Shown: positions 27,301 through 36,207, numbered from the stretch's first letter. The stretch is DNA of 64,000 nucleotides from Minisyncoccota bacterium (GCA_041661645.1 JBAZUA010000002.1:19670-83669), one strand, 5' to 3'. Numbers and translations: made by a program. Notes: generated by a model from the letters alone, not told the origin.

Positions 27301-28081
27301 TCAATTTGCGAGCCTGAGTGCGATCGTCATCGATAAACTTTCGACTGAATGCGCCTGCGTTTCCGAACGGATTTTCATGACCACGCGCCACGGTCAAAAG
27401 ATCTACCAATGAATAAAGATCCCACAGTCGATTTTGAATAGGGGTGGCCGTGAGCATGAGAACGTATTTGAAAACACGATCAGATAGAACTTTACGGAAT
27501 TTCTGGGCGACCTGGGGTGGTGGATCAACCCCGTAGAGGTTTCTGAGTTTATGAGCTTCGTCCAATATGAGCATGTCGAATCCGGCTTTCGAAAGATGGT
27601 CGAGATAGAGGCGTGCAGACTGGTATGTGGTGATCACGGCCCCGACTTCACCGGGCGGTTTTGCGTCCGCAAGGTCTTTTCCTGTCAGGATTACCGATGG
27701 AATCCCGAATTTAGTCTCTAGTTCCTCTTGCCACTGCTTGCCGAGGATCTTGGGACAAACTATCAGAATCTTTTCTAGGCGGCCGCGTGCGATCAATTCG
27801 CTTGCCACCAGACCTGCACTAATCGTCTTTCCAAGACCAACGTCGTCAGCCAAAAGGGTTACGGGAAGACGACGACAGAACGTGATGAGATTAGACACCT
27901 GATGGTTGTAGGGTTCAATTTTGTCCTTCCACCTGCTTGTTGATTTTAGATCCTCTCGTTTCTCAATAACAATAGGATCGATAAGATCCCATTCTAATGC
28001 GGCTCGATATAAATTGTATTGCTCTGGACTAGTAGAGTTCTCTAAGGGCTTGATTTGAATTGATGAAGTTGTTTTGTCCAT
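24371..28081 (-). CDS. SNF2-family (DEAH-box) helicase/translocase with a C-terminal array of short SGK-type repeats of about 650 aa (1236 aa in total).
   Basis: Walker A LADDVGLGKT, DEAHKLRN, TATPIQN, and helicase-C QRIGRIQR. The C-terminal half carries at least 12 tandem repeats of about 15 aa, of the type C/S-x-V/I-S/T-G-K-x-V/A-L/M-x3-L-x-K/E-S. Confidence 0.8.
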   Translation of the reverse strand: MDKTTSSIQIKPLENSTSPEQYNLYRAALEWDLIDPIVIEKREDLKSTSRWKDKIEPYNHQVSNLITFCRRLPVTLLADDVGLGKTISAGLVASELIARGRLEKILIVCPKILGKQWQEELETKFGIPSVILTGKDLADAKPPGEVGAVITTYQSARLYLDHLSKAGFDMLILDEAHKLRNLYGVDPPPQVAQKFRKVLSDRVFKYVLMLTATPIQNRLWDLYSLVDLLTVARGHENPFGNAGAFSRKFIDDDRTQARKLNPEMKDEFRSIVYGYMSRVRRADANLHFPERVVQLHTVEPTKHEKELIKIIGASIQKLNRLAQISILQALISSPHAVSAQLKAMAKKETVPKELAEQVKAIVDRGFVTSKLEGLGALVDKLKSEQPKDWRMVIFTCRRETQTTIQAFLEERGVTCDVINGDSAGRNQDTISKFKTKPPKIHAIISTEAGSEGVNLQAANVLVNYDLPWNPMIVEQRIGRIQRLASEHEKVCIFNIVLKGTFEEYIVGRLMEKLQMASHAIGDVEALLEASGIDEEEDGTNGFEEKIRKLVVASLAGKDIEEATRKAAKSISDAKVQLEKEEKNINSLLGDMRGDVGPEVPQLPPSVKSMEARDFTLKALESIGAKLSHEKASDLHISELDGKRELIRFENKTDAGGAGTLFTSTLYGPGTPSFERLVRKITGKGLHLVKDADTNSSKQADILIKSWVEKFGGQLKGFDTKSTSCCFSGSALVRARVTVAHDSYERLIEVICSPNEHFSDETRFGFDSINNPLKEPSSIGVNVKNLLERANSDSGVMEFCRFYRERLADEINSAGYDQRKIKKIESDFTPTLEFSLVGLEGAARRKLKVSVSYSIDSDTNQTSNLTIIPSANEIVDGPIMGKCSQTGRTVPEDCLAKCEISGLKALHHLLAKSDTSGRLALSNHMVTCDLSGKRVLEDEVKKSAITGHMIVSTLLKESDMSGKQAEPEFFGRCQFTLTDVLKTELAVSQVSGKKYRTDEELRSAVSGKSGHKQEFTFCSETNKPLLPGEAEKCEVTGKIVMPGMLESCTVSGKMVLPDLLEKSAVSGKKALKKFFISSSISDARMLEEEGVRSVTGDFCAPAEAKACAWSGRKCHPNDLRACHLTGVSVYFEYVISGEQNRLEVLVKLLEGTNRKADKSEIWPSAITAASKILGKGKCQIEAAEMSPDGSNLAICMEIRTMLRLVVRHAGFIYSIKDGVVIGRIAKGQRLNNGWLEN

Positions 28082-28397
28082 TTTCCGAGCAAGAATTCGT
28101 CAGAGGGGCTATTGGGGTACTTAAAATATAGCACTATATTCATTCTTTTTCTTCTGACGAAATTGCTGTATAATATTGTTAACACTAATTCCCTCGGCAG
28201 TACCAGGGGACCGAAAACCAGACAGGGCCGAGCACCCGACTTGGAGAAGCTGTTCAGAGACAGAAACATGCCGAGCGACAACCTCGCTAGGCGAAAGCTG
28301 ATCAGCGGAAAGCAGTACTTGAGCTGATGCGTCAAAATCTAGAAACCATTTCTGGATTTTTTGCCTGCCAGTTTATACAAGGTAACCACCTAAAAAT

Positions 28398-29711
28398 ATG
28401 AAGAAAAAAACAATGCTACATGCGGGTCTTTTCGAGCGCGACATAAAAATCGAGCTGGTGCCCGCGCGCCTCTTGAAGCCCGCCGCATACAACCCGCGAA
28501 AGTGGGATGATGCGGCCGCTACCCAGCTGACCAGGAGCATCAGGGAGTTCGGTCTCGTGGACCCCATCCTCGCGAACGGCTCTCCCGAAAGGAGGAACGT
28601 CGTCATCGGAGGGCATTTCCGCCTGAAGATCGCCAAGGATCTCGGGTACACGGAAGTTCCCGTGGTCTATCTGAATATTCCAGACGAGCGAAAGGAGAAA
28701 GAGCTGAACATCAGGCTAAACAAGAACACTGGCGATTGGGATTTCGACAAGCTCAAATCCTTCGACTTTGATTTTCTGGCAGATATCGGGTTCGATAAAA
28801 TTGAGCTATCGGATCTCTGGGACAAGGATTTGGAAACAGCGGATGACGAGTTCGATGTCGAAGGCGAGCTCAAGAAGATAAAAAAGCCCAAGACAAAGCT
28901 CGGCGACCTGATCATTCTCGGCAATCATAAGCTTGCGTGTGGCGATGCGACAGACCCCTCGGTTCTTATAAGGCTTTTCGGCAAGGAAAGGGCCTCGATG
29001 ATCTATTCCGACCCCGTATATAACATCAAGATCAATTACGGTGGCGGCATCAGTGGCAGGCAGAATTACGGCGGAAACGTAAACGATGACCGTTCGGAAT
29101 CAGAGTATAAGGAGTTTTTGAAGAAGAGCATGGTGAACGCCTTGTCGGTTACGAAGGAAAACGCCCATGTCTTTTACTGGTCGGACCAGAAGTATATCGG
29201 CCTCATTCAGGAACTCTACCGAGAGTTGAAGATCGAGAACAAGCGCGTCTGCCTGTGGATCAAGAACGCGCAAAACCCGACTCCGGGCGTCGCGTTCAAC
29301 AAGTGCTACGAACCGTGCACTTATGGCGTGAGGGGCAAACCGTACATATCGAAGAGCGTTCAAAATTTGAACGAGGTGATGAACAAGGAAATCACCACGG
29401 GAAACAATCTGCTCGCCGAGGCCTTGGATCATCTGGATCTGTGGATGGTGAAGCGACTGTCTGGAAAGGAATACGAGCACGCCACGTCGAAGCCTCCCGT
29501 GCTTCACCAGAAGGCCATTCGGCGTTGCACGAAATCGGGCGACATCATACTCGACAGCTTCTCCGGCTCGGCGAGCACGATGATCGCGGCAGAGCAGTTG
29601 AAAAGGAGGGTGTACGCGGTCGAGCTCGAACCAGCCTTCTGCGACCTCGCCATAAGGCGATACGAAAAGCTTACTGGCGTTAAGGCGAAGATCATCCATG
29701 AAGAAGCATAA
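28398..29711 (+). CDS. ParB-like nuclease domain fused to a beta-class N6A/N4C DNA methyltransferase.
   Basis: N-terminal ParB/Srx motif (VIGGHFRLKIAKDLG). Motif IV DPVYNI precedes motif I ILDSFSGSAST, which is the beta-class order. It lies immediately upstream of terminase genes, which is the usual phage arrangement. Confidence 0.75.
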   Translation: MKKKTMLHAGLFERDIKIELVPARLLKPAAYNPRKWDDAAATQLTRSIREFGLVDPILANGSPERRNVVIGGHFRLKIAKDLGYTEVPVVYLNIPDERKEKELNIRLNKNTGDWDFDKLKSFDFDFLADIGFDKIELSDLWDKDLETADDEFDVEGELKKIKKPKTKLGDLIILGNHKLACGDATDPSVLIRLFGKERASMIYSDPVYNIKINYGGGISGRQNYGGNVNDDRSESEYKEFLKKSMVNALSVTKENAHVFYWSDQKYIGLIQELYRELKIENKRVCLWIKNAQNPTPGVAFNKCYEPCTYGVRGKPYISKSVQNLNEVMNKEITTGNNLLAEALDHLDLWMVKRLSGKEYEHATSKPPVLHQKAIRRCTKSGDIILDSFSGSASTMIAAEQLKRRVYAVELEPAFCDLAIRRYEKLTGVKAKIIHEEA

Positions 29712-30090
29712 AATCAAAAACGGGTTCTTGGCGGAACTGAGGAGAATTCCCATTGTTCAGGTCGCCTGTGAAAGATCTGGAATATCGAGGAATAGCGTAT
29801 ATCGATGGAGGAACGAAGATGCCGTGTTCCAAAAGGAAATGGACAAGGCCTTGGAGGAGGGCGAGGCTCTGGTGAACGACATGAGCGAAAGCCAGTTGCT
29901 GACGATGATAAGAGAAAAGAACTGGTCTGCTGTCAGCTTTTGGTTGCGTCATCGAAACCCGAAGTTCCGTGAGCGCATAGAGATAGCGGGATCCGTAAAG
30001 ACGATTCAGGAGCTACCGCCCGATCAGAAAGAGATGGTCACCAATGCCCTTAAATTAGCAGATTTAGCCTTGAGAAAAAATGAACAATAA
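29698..30090 (+). CDS. Terminase small subunit-like HTH protein.
   Basis: N-terminal HTH (GISRNSVYRWRNEDAVFQKEM). It overlaps the start of the large terminase gene by 11 nt. Confidence 0.5.
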   Translation: MKKHKIKNGFLAELRRIPIVQVACERSGISRNSVYRWRNEDAVFQKEMDKALEEGEALVNDMSESQLLTMIREKNWSAVSFWLRHRNPKFRERIEIAGSVKTIQELPPDQKEMVTNALKLADLALRKNEQ

Positions 30091-31582
30091 CCTACTCGAC
30101 AAAGAAGCACTGAATTTAATCCTGACCAACCGAGGCGTCCGCCAGCAGGTGACATATCAGAGCCACCTGCTGTTCTTCCACGTTTTCTTTTCGCACTACG
30201 TGAAATACCCCATAGCGGAGTTCCAGAAGGAGATCTTCCGCATCACAGAGGACGCATCGAACACTTTGGCCTGTATTGTCTCGTTCAGGGGATCGAGCAA
30301 GTCCACCCTCGTCACCTTCTCCTACTCGCTCTGGGCGGTCCTCGGCGTGCAGCAGAAGAAGTTCGTGCTCATCGTATGCCAGACGCAGTCCCAGGCCCGT
30401 CAGCACATGGCAAACCTGAAACACGAGCTTGAGCAGAATGAGACGCTGAAGAGCGACCTCGGGCCGTTTCGAGAAGATATCGGTGTCGGCGAGTGGGCGA
30501 TGTCATCCTTGGTATTCAAGAACACGGGCGCGCGTATCATGGTGGCGTCGATGGACCAGAGCATCCGAGGGGCGAGGCACCGACAGTACCGCCCGGACCT
30601 CATAATCCTCGACGACATCGAGGACGTGAACTCGGTGAAGACGCACGAGGGGCGCTCCAGGGTGTCGGACTGGTTCTCGCGCGAGATCGTCCCGCTGGGA
30701 GACATCGGGACCAGGATCGTAATCGTCGGAAACCTCCTGCACGAGGACTCATTCGTGATGCAGTTGAAGCGCAAGATAGAGCGCAAGGAATTGTCAGGCG
30801 TCTACCGTTCGTTTCCCCTCATCGACAGCGACGGCGGATGCCTGTGGCCCGGGAAGTTCGATTGCGAGGAGAAGATCGAGCAGTTGCGCCAGAGCGTAGC
30901 GAACGAGAGCGCATGGCTCATGGAGTATCTGCTCCTGCCCGTGTCCGACGCATCGCGTGTCATACACCCCGAGTGGATCGCGTTCTACGATGAGATGCCC
31001 GAGAGGTGCGAGGAAAACGAGTATCGAGGGGCCTCCGTCGGGATAGACCTCGCGATATCGGAAAGGGATCGGGCGGACTGCACCGCCATGGTGACGGCCC
31101 ACGTCTTCGGCTACGGCAAGGACATGAGGATCTACATAGAGCCGAATCCCGTGAACGACCGCATGGACTTCTCTATATCCATCGACACGGCGAAGATGCT
31201 TTCCAAGGGGCACGCGCATAACAATCGCAACGCCCAGATATACGTCGAGAACAATGGGTACCTGGAGGTGTTCCCCGAGACGCTCCGTAGGGAGCCTGGA
31301 ATCCCCGTGGAGGGAATCCCGTCCCGTGGCGACAAGCGGACGAGGCTCGTCGTGACTGGCGTGCCCGTTAAGGCGGGACACGTGCTGTTCCCAAGAAGTG
31401 GGGCCGAGGAGCTTCTCATGCAACTGACGGGGTTCGGCTCCGAGAGGCACGATGACCTCGTGGACGCGTTCTCCATCGTCGTGGGAGAGGTCGTCAAACG
31501 GAATCGCCCTAGGCCCAATTTCGACATCACCTTCAGCGGCGTGATGCCGATTACCGCTGGTCTGAGGAATAAGATCTTCTAG
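30080..31582 (+). CDS. Phage terminase large subunit.
   Basis: ATPase motifs (FRGSSKST Walker A-like and DLIILDDIED Walker B). The C-terminal RNase-H-like nuclease carries acidic residues (GIDLAIS...DCTAMV...DDLVDAF). Confidence 0.75.
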   Translation: MNNNLLDKEALNLILTNRGVRQQVTYQSHLLFFHVFFSHYVKYPIAEFQKEIFRITEDASNTLACIVSFRGSSKSTLVTFSYSLWAVLGVQQKKFVLIVCQTQSQARQHMANLKHELEQNETLKSDLGPFREDIGVGEWAMSSLVFKNTGARIMVASMDQSIRGARHRQYRPDLIILDDIEDVNSVKTHEGRSRVSDWFSREIVPLGDIGTRIVIVGNLLHEDSFVMQLKRKIERKELSGVYRSFPLIDSDGGCLWPGKFDCEEKIEQLRQSVANESAWLMEYLLLPVSDASRVIHPEWIAFYDEMPERCEENEYRGASVGIDLAISERDRADCTAMVTAHVFGYGKDMRIYIEPNPVNDRMDFSISIDTAKMLSKGHAHNNRNAQIYVENNGYLEVFPETLRREPGIPVEGIPSRGDKRTRLVVTGVPVKAGHVLFPRSGAEELLMQLTGFGSERHDDLVDAFSIVVGEVVKRNRPRPNFDITFSGVMPITAGLRNKIF

Positions 31583-31584
31583 GC

Positions 31585-32289
31585 CTAGCTTAGTTGTATG
31601 TTTAGTTTAGCGTCTCCCAAATCCAACGGATTGGGAACTGACTTTACTATGTTCATGACAATGCCCCATATGTAAGGGTTGGATACGGGAAACTGCACGG
31701 CCTTGCTTCTGCCGTCCACGGTAATTTCGATGGCATCGGATAGAGTCTCAATGCCAAGGACCTTCTTGAGGGGGATGGTCCTGTTCTCCTTACTACCCAT
31801 GAAGACAATTTTCTTGTTGGTGACAAATACCTCGCCTCTATCAAGCGACGCCCATTCGAGAGAGCTCTTCGATGATCCGGCGTATCGCCCGACGCTCACG
31901 CCCTTCATAATTCTGACGCTTCCAAAGCCACCAGATGATTTTCTCACCGATCTGGTTTCCCTTAGCTCAACATTTTCCCTTAAAAACAGATGCTCGTCCT
32001 GATCAAGAAATATCGCGCCCTTTGTCTCGATGACGGGTAGTGAATTCGAGCTTCTGACCAGTTCCACGTATTTGTCGGCCTCTGCAACGAGAGATGACTT
32101 TCTCTCGGAGGCTTTTTTCTGCGAGCGTATGAGTGCGGCGAGAAGGAGCAGTGCGAAAGAAATGAAGAGGCTGTACTTGCCGATAATTATAAAAAGGACG
32201 ATGCTCACTCCGATCCACCACAGGAAGGGGTGTTTCTCCAGGCTTTTGCTTGCCCCATCTAATTTCTTCGAGTTTGTATTTGTGCTCAC
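31585..32289 (-). CDS. Membrane protein with a bacterial PH (bPH_2/YdbT-like) domain.
   Basis: N-terminal transmembrane hairpin. The C-terminal EVFVTNKKIVFMGSKENRTIPLKKVLGIE matches the bPH_2 pattern. Confidence 0.45.
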   Translation of the reverse strand: MSTNTNSKKLDGASKSLEKHPFLWWIGVSIVLFIIIGKYSLFISFALLLLAALIRSQKKASERKSSLVAEADKYVELVRSSNSLPVIETKGAIFLDQDEHLFLRENVELRETRSVRKSSGGFGSVRIMKGVSVGRYAGSSKSSLEWASLDRGEVFVTNKKIVFMGSKENRTIPLKKVLGIETLSDAIEITVDGRSKAVQFPVSNPYIWGIVMNIVKSVPNPLDLGDAKLNIQLS

Positions 32290-32386
32290 GTTATATATCT
32301 AAAGCTATTAATATCGTGGCGGGTAAATACAAAAAGCCCACCACTAGGTAGAGCCGAGGCTCATATCTCAAGTTTCCCTGAAATAG

Positions 32387-32429
32387 CACAAGACGTGACC
32401 CCTAATGATGGGTTCTTTATCGTCTTGTG
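32387..32429. repeat. Imperfect palindrome upstream of the intact serine recombinase, a candidate recombination site.
   Basis: cacaagacg...cgtcttgtg are 9-bp arms. They enclose gacccc...gggttc within a 260-bp AT-rich non-coding stretch. Confidence 0.25.
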
Positions 32430-32652
32430 ACTAACTGTATTCGTACCGTGCCGACACGTTGCCGTGTGGGGTTAGGTAACTATGTTGTATTTACTGAATA
32501 TTGATTCAGTGTGTTCATACTATCGCTAAAATAAGGCTTTGTTAAGGTAGTTGCCAACAAGCGGAGGCTTAGCAAAGCTATCTGTCTCTGGCATTAATGG
32601 ATGTATGGAAATACAAGCCACCGCCCTCATGGGCAAATCGACCTTGGCCCCG

Positions 32653-33924
32653 ATGGCGAAAGTAAGGTATTGCCTCTACGCCCGCAAGTCCACCGAGCAG
32701 GAGGAGAAGCAGATCCTGTCGATTGACTCGCAGATCAAGGAGATGCTCTCGCTCGCGCAACGTGAGGGTCTCGAAATTGTCGATACTCGAAAGGAGTCAC
32801 ATTCCGCCAAGGCCTCGGGACAACGGCCTGTATTCAAGCAGTTGTTGGAGGACGTTAGATCAGGGAAGTTCGACGGCATACTCGTCTGGCACCCAGACAG
32901 GCTCTCCAGAAACGCGGGAGACCTCGGCTCGGTCGTCGATCTCATGGACGAGAAGCTCCTCGTCGAGATCCGTACCTACGGGCAGAAGTTCTCGAACAAC
33001 CCGAACGACAAGTTCCTCCTGATGATCCTCTGTTCGCAGGCGAAGCTCGAGAACGACAACAAGAGCGTCAACGTGAAGCGGGGCCTCAGGGCGAGGTGCG
33101 AGATGGGTCTGTGGCCCGCGCAGGCACCAACGGGATACGTCAACAGCTCGAACGTCAGCGAAATCTGCGTGGTCCACGTCGACCCCGTAAAGGCACCGAT
33201 CATCAAGCAGGTGTTCGAGAGGGTCGCCTACGAGGGCTGGGGAGGCAAGAGGGCCTATCTCTGGCTCAGGGACGAGCTGAGGTTCACCGCGAAGAGCGGA
33301 AAGCCCCTGACGCTGAGCAACGTGTTCATGATCCTCCACAACCACTTCTACTACGGCATATTCGAGTACCCTAAGAACAGCGGGAAATGGTATCAGGGAA
33401 AGCACACGCCCATCATCTCGAAAGACCTCTTCGATCAGGTACAGAAGCAACTCCACTGCCAGAGGAAGGTGAGGGACACGAACAAGGAGTTCGCGTTCAC
33501 AAAACTGATGTCATGCGGGCTGTGCGGATCAGGCATAACCGCACAGGATAAGTACAAAAACCTCGCGGACGGCACGGTGAAGAAGTACATCTACTACGGG
33601 TGCACGAAGATTCGGGACAAGGACTGCGGGAACGGATATCTGGAGGAGGCCGAGCTTATAAGGCAATTACTCGAACTGATGGACGACGTAGACTTAGATC
33701 AGTCTGGTCTGAGGAAAAAGCTTCAATCTGAAATCGAGAGGCACAAGAAGTTCAGCGTCGGGATTCTCGGTGGGAAGAAGGAGGATTATTCAGCAAAGGA
33801 TATGGATATCAGAAATTATGCAAAGTATCTTTTGAGGGAGGGCAATCTTTTTGAGAAAAGAGATCTGTTGGTTTGCTTGAAAAGCAAGATAGTTCTTAAA
33901 GAAAAGAAAGTTGCCTTGGGATGA
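32653..33924 (+). CDS. Large serine recombinase (integrase/resolvase family), intact.
   Basis: Catalytic region VRYCLYARKSTEQEEKQ, the recombinase domain, a Cys4 zinc ribbon (CGLCGSG...YYGCTKIRDKDCG) and a coiled-coil. The track ORF begins at a TTG at 32551. The first ATG directly preceding the catalytic domain is about 32653. Confidence 0.8.
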   Translation: MAKVRYCLYARKSTEQEEKQILSIDSQIKEMLSLAQREGLEIVDTRKESHSAKASGQRPVFKQLLEDVRSGKFDGILVWHPDRLSRNAGDLGSVVDLMDEKLLVEIRTYGQKFSNNPNDKFLLMILCSQAKLENDNKSVNVKRGLRARCEMGLWPAQAPTGYVNSSNVSEICVVHVDPVKAPIIKQVFERVAYEGWGGKRAYLWLRDELRFTAKSGKPLTLSNVFMILHNHFYYGIFEYPKNSGKWYQGKHTPIISKDLFDQVQKQLHCQRKVRDTNKEFAFTKLMSCGLCGSGITAQDKYKNLADGTVKKYIYYGCTKIRDKDCGNGYLEEAELIRQLLELMDDVDLDQSGLRKKLQSEIERHKKFSVGILGGKKEDYSAKDMDIRNYAKYLLREGNLFEKRDLLVCLKSKIVLKEKKVALG

Positions 33925-33947
33925 TATAAGTTTATGGCCATTGCCGA

Positions 33948-34988
33948 TTATTTACGGCCAGATGATTCATAAAATGGATTATATAGAACCATGGTCATAG
34001 TACGCATCATTGCCCGTTGTGTAGCCTGTATGTAGGCAACAGCTTTACTAAATTCACCGTCTTTTATCATCGTCCGGATCTCTTTTCTAATATTCGCAAA
34101 CTCTTCAGACTCGAGAGTTCTCTCTAAACTCTGCAGTACTTCTCGTTCGGTTAAATCAGGCATACTCATTATGCCCTCTGTTAATGAATTGGCGTGGCTG
34201 TTCGCTAAACATATGGTTGAAAGTACTTCATAAGTATTGTTTGTAAAAATATCTTTAATTCTGTCAACCTGATCCTTCTCGAGAAACCCTCCGGCAGGAA
34301 AGCCGAATGCAAATTTATCAAATAAAGGGAGGGGGTGAAACGACATTGGGAAATTAACTACAAAGCCCATTGCTGTTAATCGCAGGGCTTTAAGTAGAAA
34401 ATCTAGCCCTACTTTTAAGCCAACCTCACTGAATTCGGTCACGTTGCTATTTCTTAATGCCGTATGAGTGTGCGTTGCTCCCTGGGTATGCATGAATCCC
34501 GATAACTCCTTGTATAGAGATTGAATTTCGATGTTCCATTGCAATTTATCATTGAGAGTTTTGAATTCAATATTTTTTGCAGGCAGTGCTTTTAACATTT
34601 CGCTAATTGTGGGCGTGTTGGCCTTTCCATCTAGCCAGTTTTTAAAATTATCCCTGTCCTCATTTACAAAATGATACAAAGCAAAAACCTGTAATTCTAT
34701 AAAACTCCTTATTGATCGGAAACTGTCCTTATAGAATCCTGTTAGAAGCAACAATATGCCTGAATTTATATCTTGCTCGGCCTCAAAGAATACATGGTGC
34801 CATGGATGGATTGTGGTAAATTCTTCACCTGTACCGCCAAATATTGGAATGGCGAATAGAAGTTCGTGAGACCCGTTTAGAGCTCTGCGTATGTCATCCG
34901 ATATTTCTTTATGTGCTTCGAGCCACGCAGCACTTCGATCAGCTGTTTTGCCGAGTGAGGCTGCCTGTTTGAAATAATTATCTAGCAT
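33948..34988 (-). CDS. Hypothetical protein (about 346 aa), AT-rich.
   Basis: The track start at 35057 is a TTG. The internal ATG (MLDNYFKQ) leaves a 28-nt gap to the upstream gene. I recognise no motif. Confidence 0.45.
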   Translation of the reverse strand: MLDNYFKQAASLGKTADRSAAWLEAHKEISDDIRRALNGSHELLFAIPIFGGTGEEFTTIHPWHHVFFEAEQDINSGILLLLTGFYKDSFRSIRSFIELQVFALYHFVNEDRDNFKNWLDGKANTPTISEMLKALPAKNIEFKTLNDKLQWNIEIQSLYKELSGFMHTQGATHTHTALRNSNVTEFSEVGLKVGLDFLLKALRLTAMGFVVNFPMSFHPLPLFDKFAFGFPAGGFLEKDQVDRIKDIFTNNTYEVLSTICLANSHANSLTEGIMSMPDLTEREVLQSLERTLESEEFANIRKEIRTMIKDGEFSKAVAYIQATQRAMMRTMTMVLYNPFYESSGRK

Positions 34989-35016
34989 TTCATTTATTGT
35001 CTTATTTGAAATAACC

Positions 35017-36207
35017 CTAAACTTTGATGTTGGGAAGGATTGATTCCGTAATATCAAAGGTCATGTCAATTTTTGATGAACCTGCGAGCGAAATTGATTC
35101 AGAGGCTAGTCTTAATAAGAACTTCAATGAAGCAATATCTGCCAAGACCTTAGCTTTGCTTGCTTCCCATATTGGATTTTGTGAGTTTGCGCCGCCGCTA
35201 TGCCGACCTGCTAAGGATAATGAATATTGAACCGTACGGGAAATAAAATCTTCTCTCGCTATATCTTCTTGAGATTTAATACTATTGCCAAACTGTGAAG
35301 CGGTATAGCCATCTGGAACTTGTAGTGACGAATAAGTGTTCTTCAGGGTTATTTTTTTACTAGAGTGATTTTTTATCAAAAAATGGACCGTGATTGTGAA
35401 GTTATCCATTACGCCATCATTAGTTCTTGAGCCGGGATTTAGTTCGAGTTTTTCAAATTCAATCGCAAGGCCCACAGAATCATCATTCTTGGTCGGTGTC
35501 TCTTTTAAAATTCCTCTCGTTGAGAGCACCTTTCTTCCATCTGCAAAAGTAATAGTAGTTTCAATTAGAGGAACTATTTCTGTAGGTTCCTGCCGACCAT
35601 CTTCTAATCTTATTGACCCGTTCTCTCTATCGACAATCACATGCGCTTTCTGGGTGTCGCCGTTTCTTCTACCCAAAATAAAGTGATGGTCATCGCCTTG
35701 TGTTCTTGATTCCAAAAACACATCATCTGTTTTAAATCTATTTTTAATTGTTTTACCGCGCTCGGTAGTATTCTGGTCACTTTTAAGTAACAGCCTCAGG
35801 CTCCTTTTTTCACGTAGTTCTAATTCTAACAGAGCTCGATTGTGGAGACTGGTTTTTATATCAGGATTGTCATTCCTGCGTACGATTTCCTCCAACTCTT
35901 CAAAAGTTCTTTTTGTTAAGTCAGTAAAGTCTTGTTGTTTATCTTTGGATAAAAATTTATCTATTCTATCTGGTGTTGATGAAAAGCCTTCGTGGTAAAT
36001 ATCACCACCTTCATTTTCAATTAAAAGAAATCCCTCGGATTTTAATTGATGTAAAAAACCTTTAATATGCTGAATTTCTTCTGGCTGAATATTGTTATGA
36101 TCGTGTGCGATCATAAGTTCGCAGACTCGGATTGTTTTTATGTACCCACCACTATGCGTCTTAAAGAAAGACATTATTTCGTTTTTTGATGGATATATGA
36201 GATTCAT
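35017..36207 (-). CDS. Hypothetical protein (396 aa), AT-rich, co-operonic with 33948-34988.
   Basis: ATG start. I recognise no motif. It is the first gene inside the island next to the tRNA-proximal att repeat. Confidence 0.5.
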   Translation of the reverse strand: MNLIYPSKNEIMSFFKTHSGGYIKTIRVCELMIAHDHNNIQPEEIQHIKGFLHQLKSEGFLLIENEGGDIYHEGFSSTPDRIDKFLSKDKQQDFTDLTKRTFEELEEIVRRNDNPDIKTSLHNRALLELELREKRSLRLLLKSDQNTTERGKTIKNRFKTDDVFLESRTQGDDHHFILGRRNGDTQKAHVIVDRENGSIRLEDGRQEPTEIVPLIETTITFADGRKVLSTRGILKETPTKNDDSVGLAIEFEKLELNPGSRTNDGVMDNFTITVHFLIKNHSSKKITLKNTYSSLQVPDGYTASQFGNSIKSQEDIAREDFISRTVQYSLSLAGRHSGGANSQNPIWEASKAKVLADIASLKFLLRLASESISLAGSSKIDMTFDITESILPNIKV

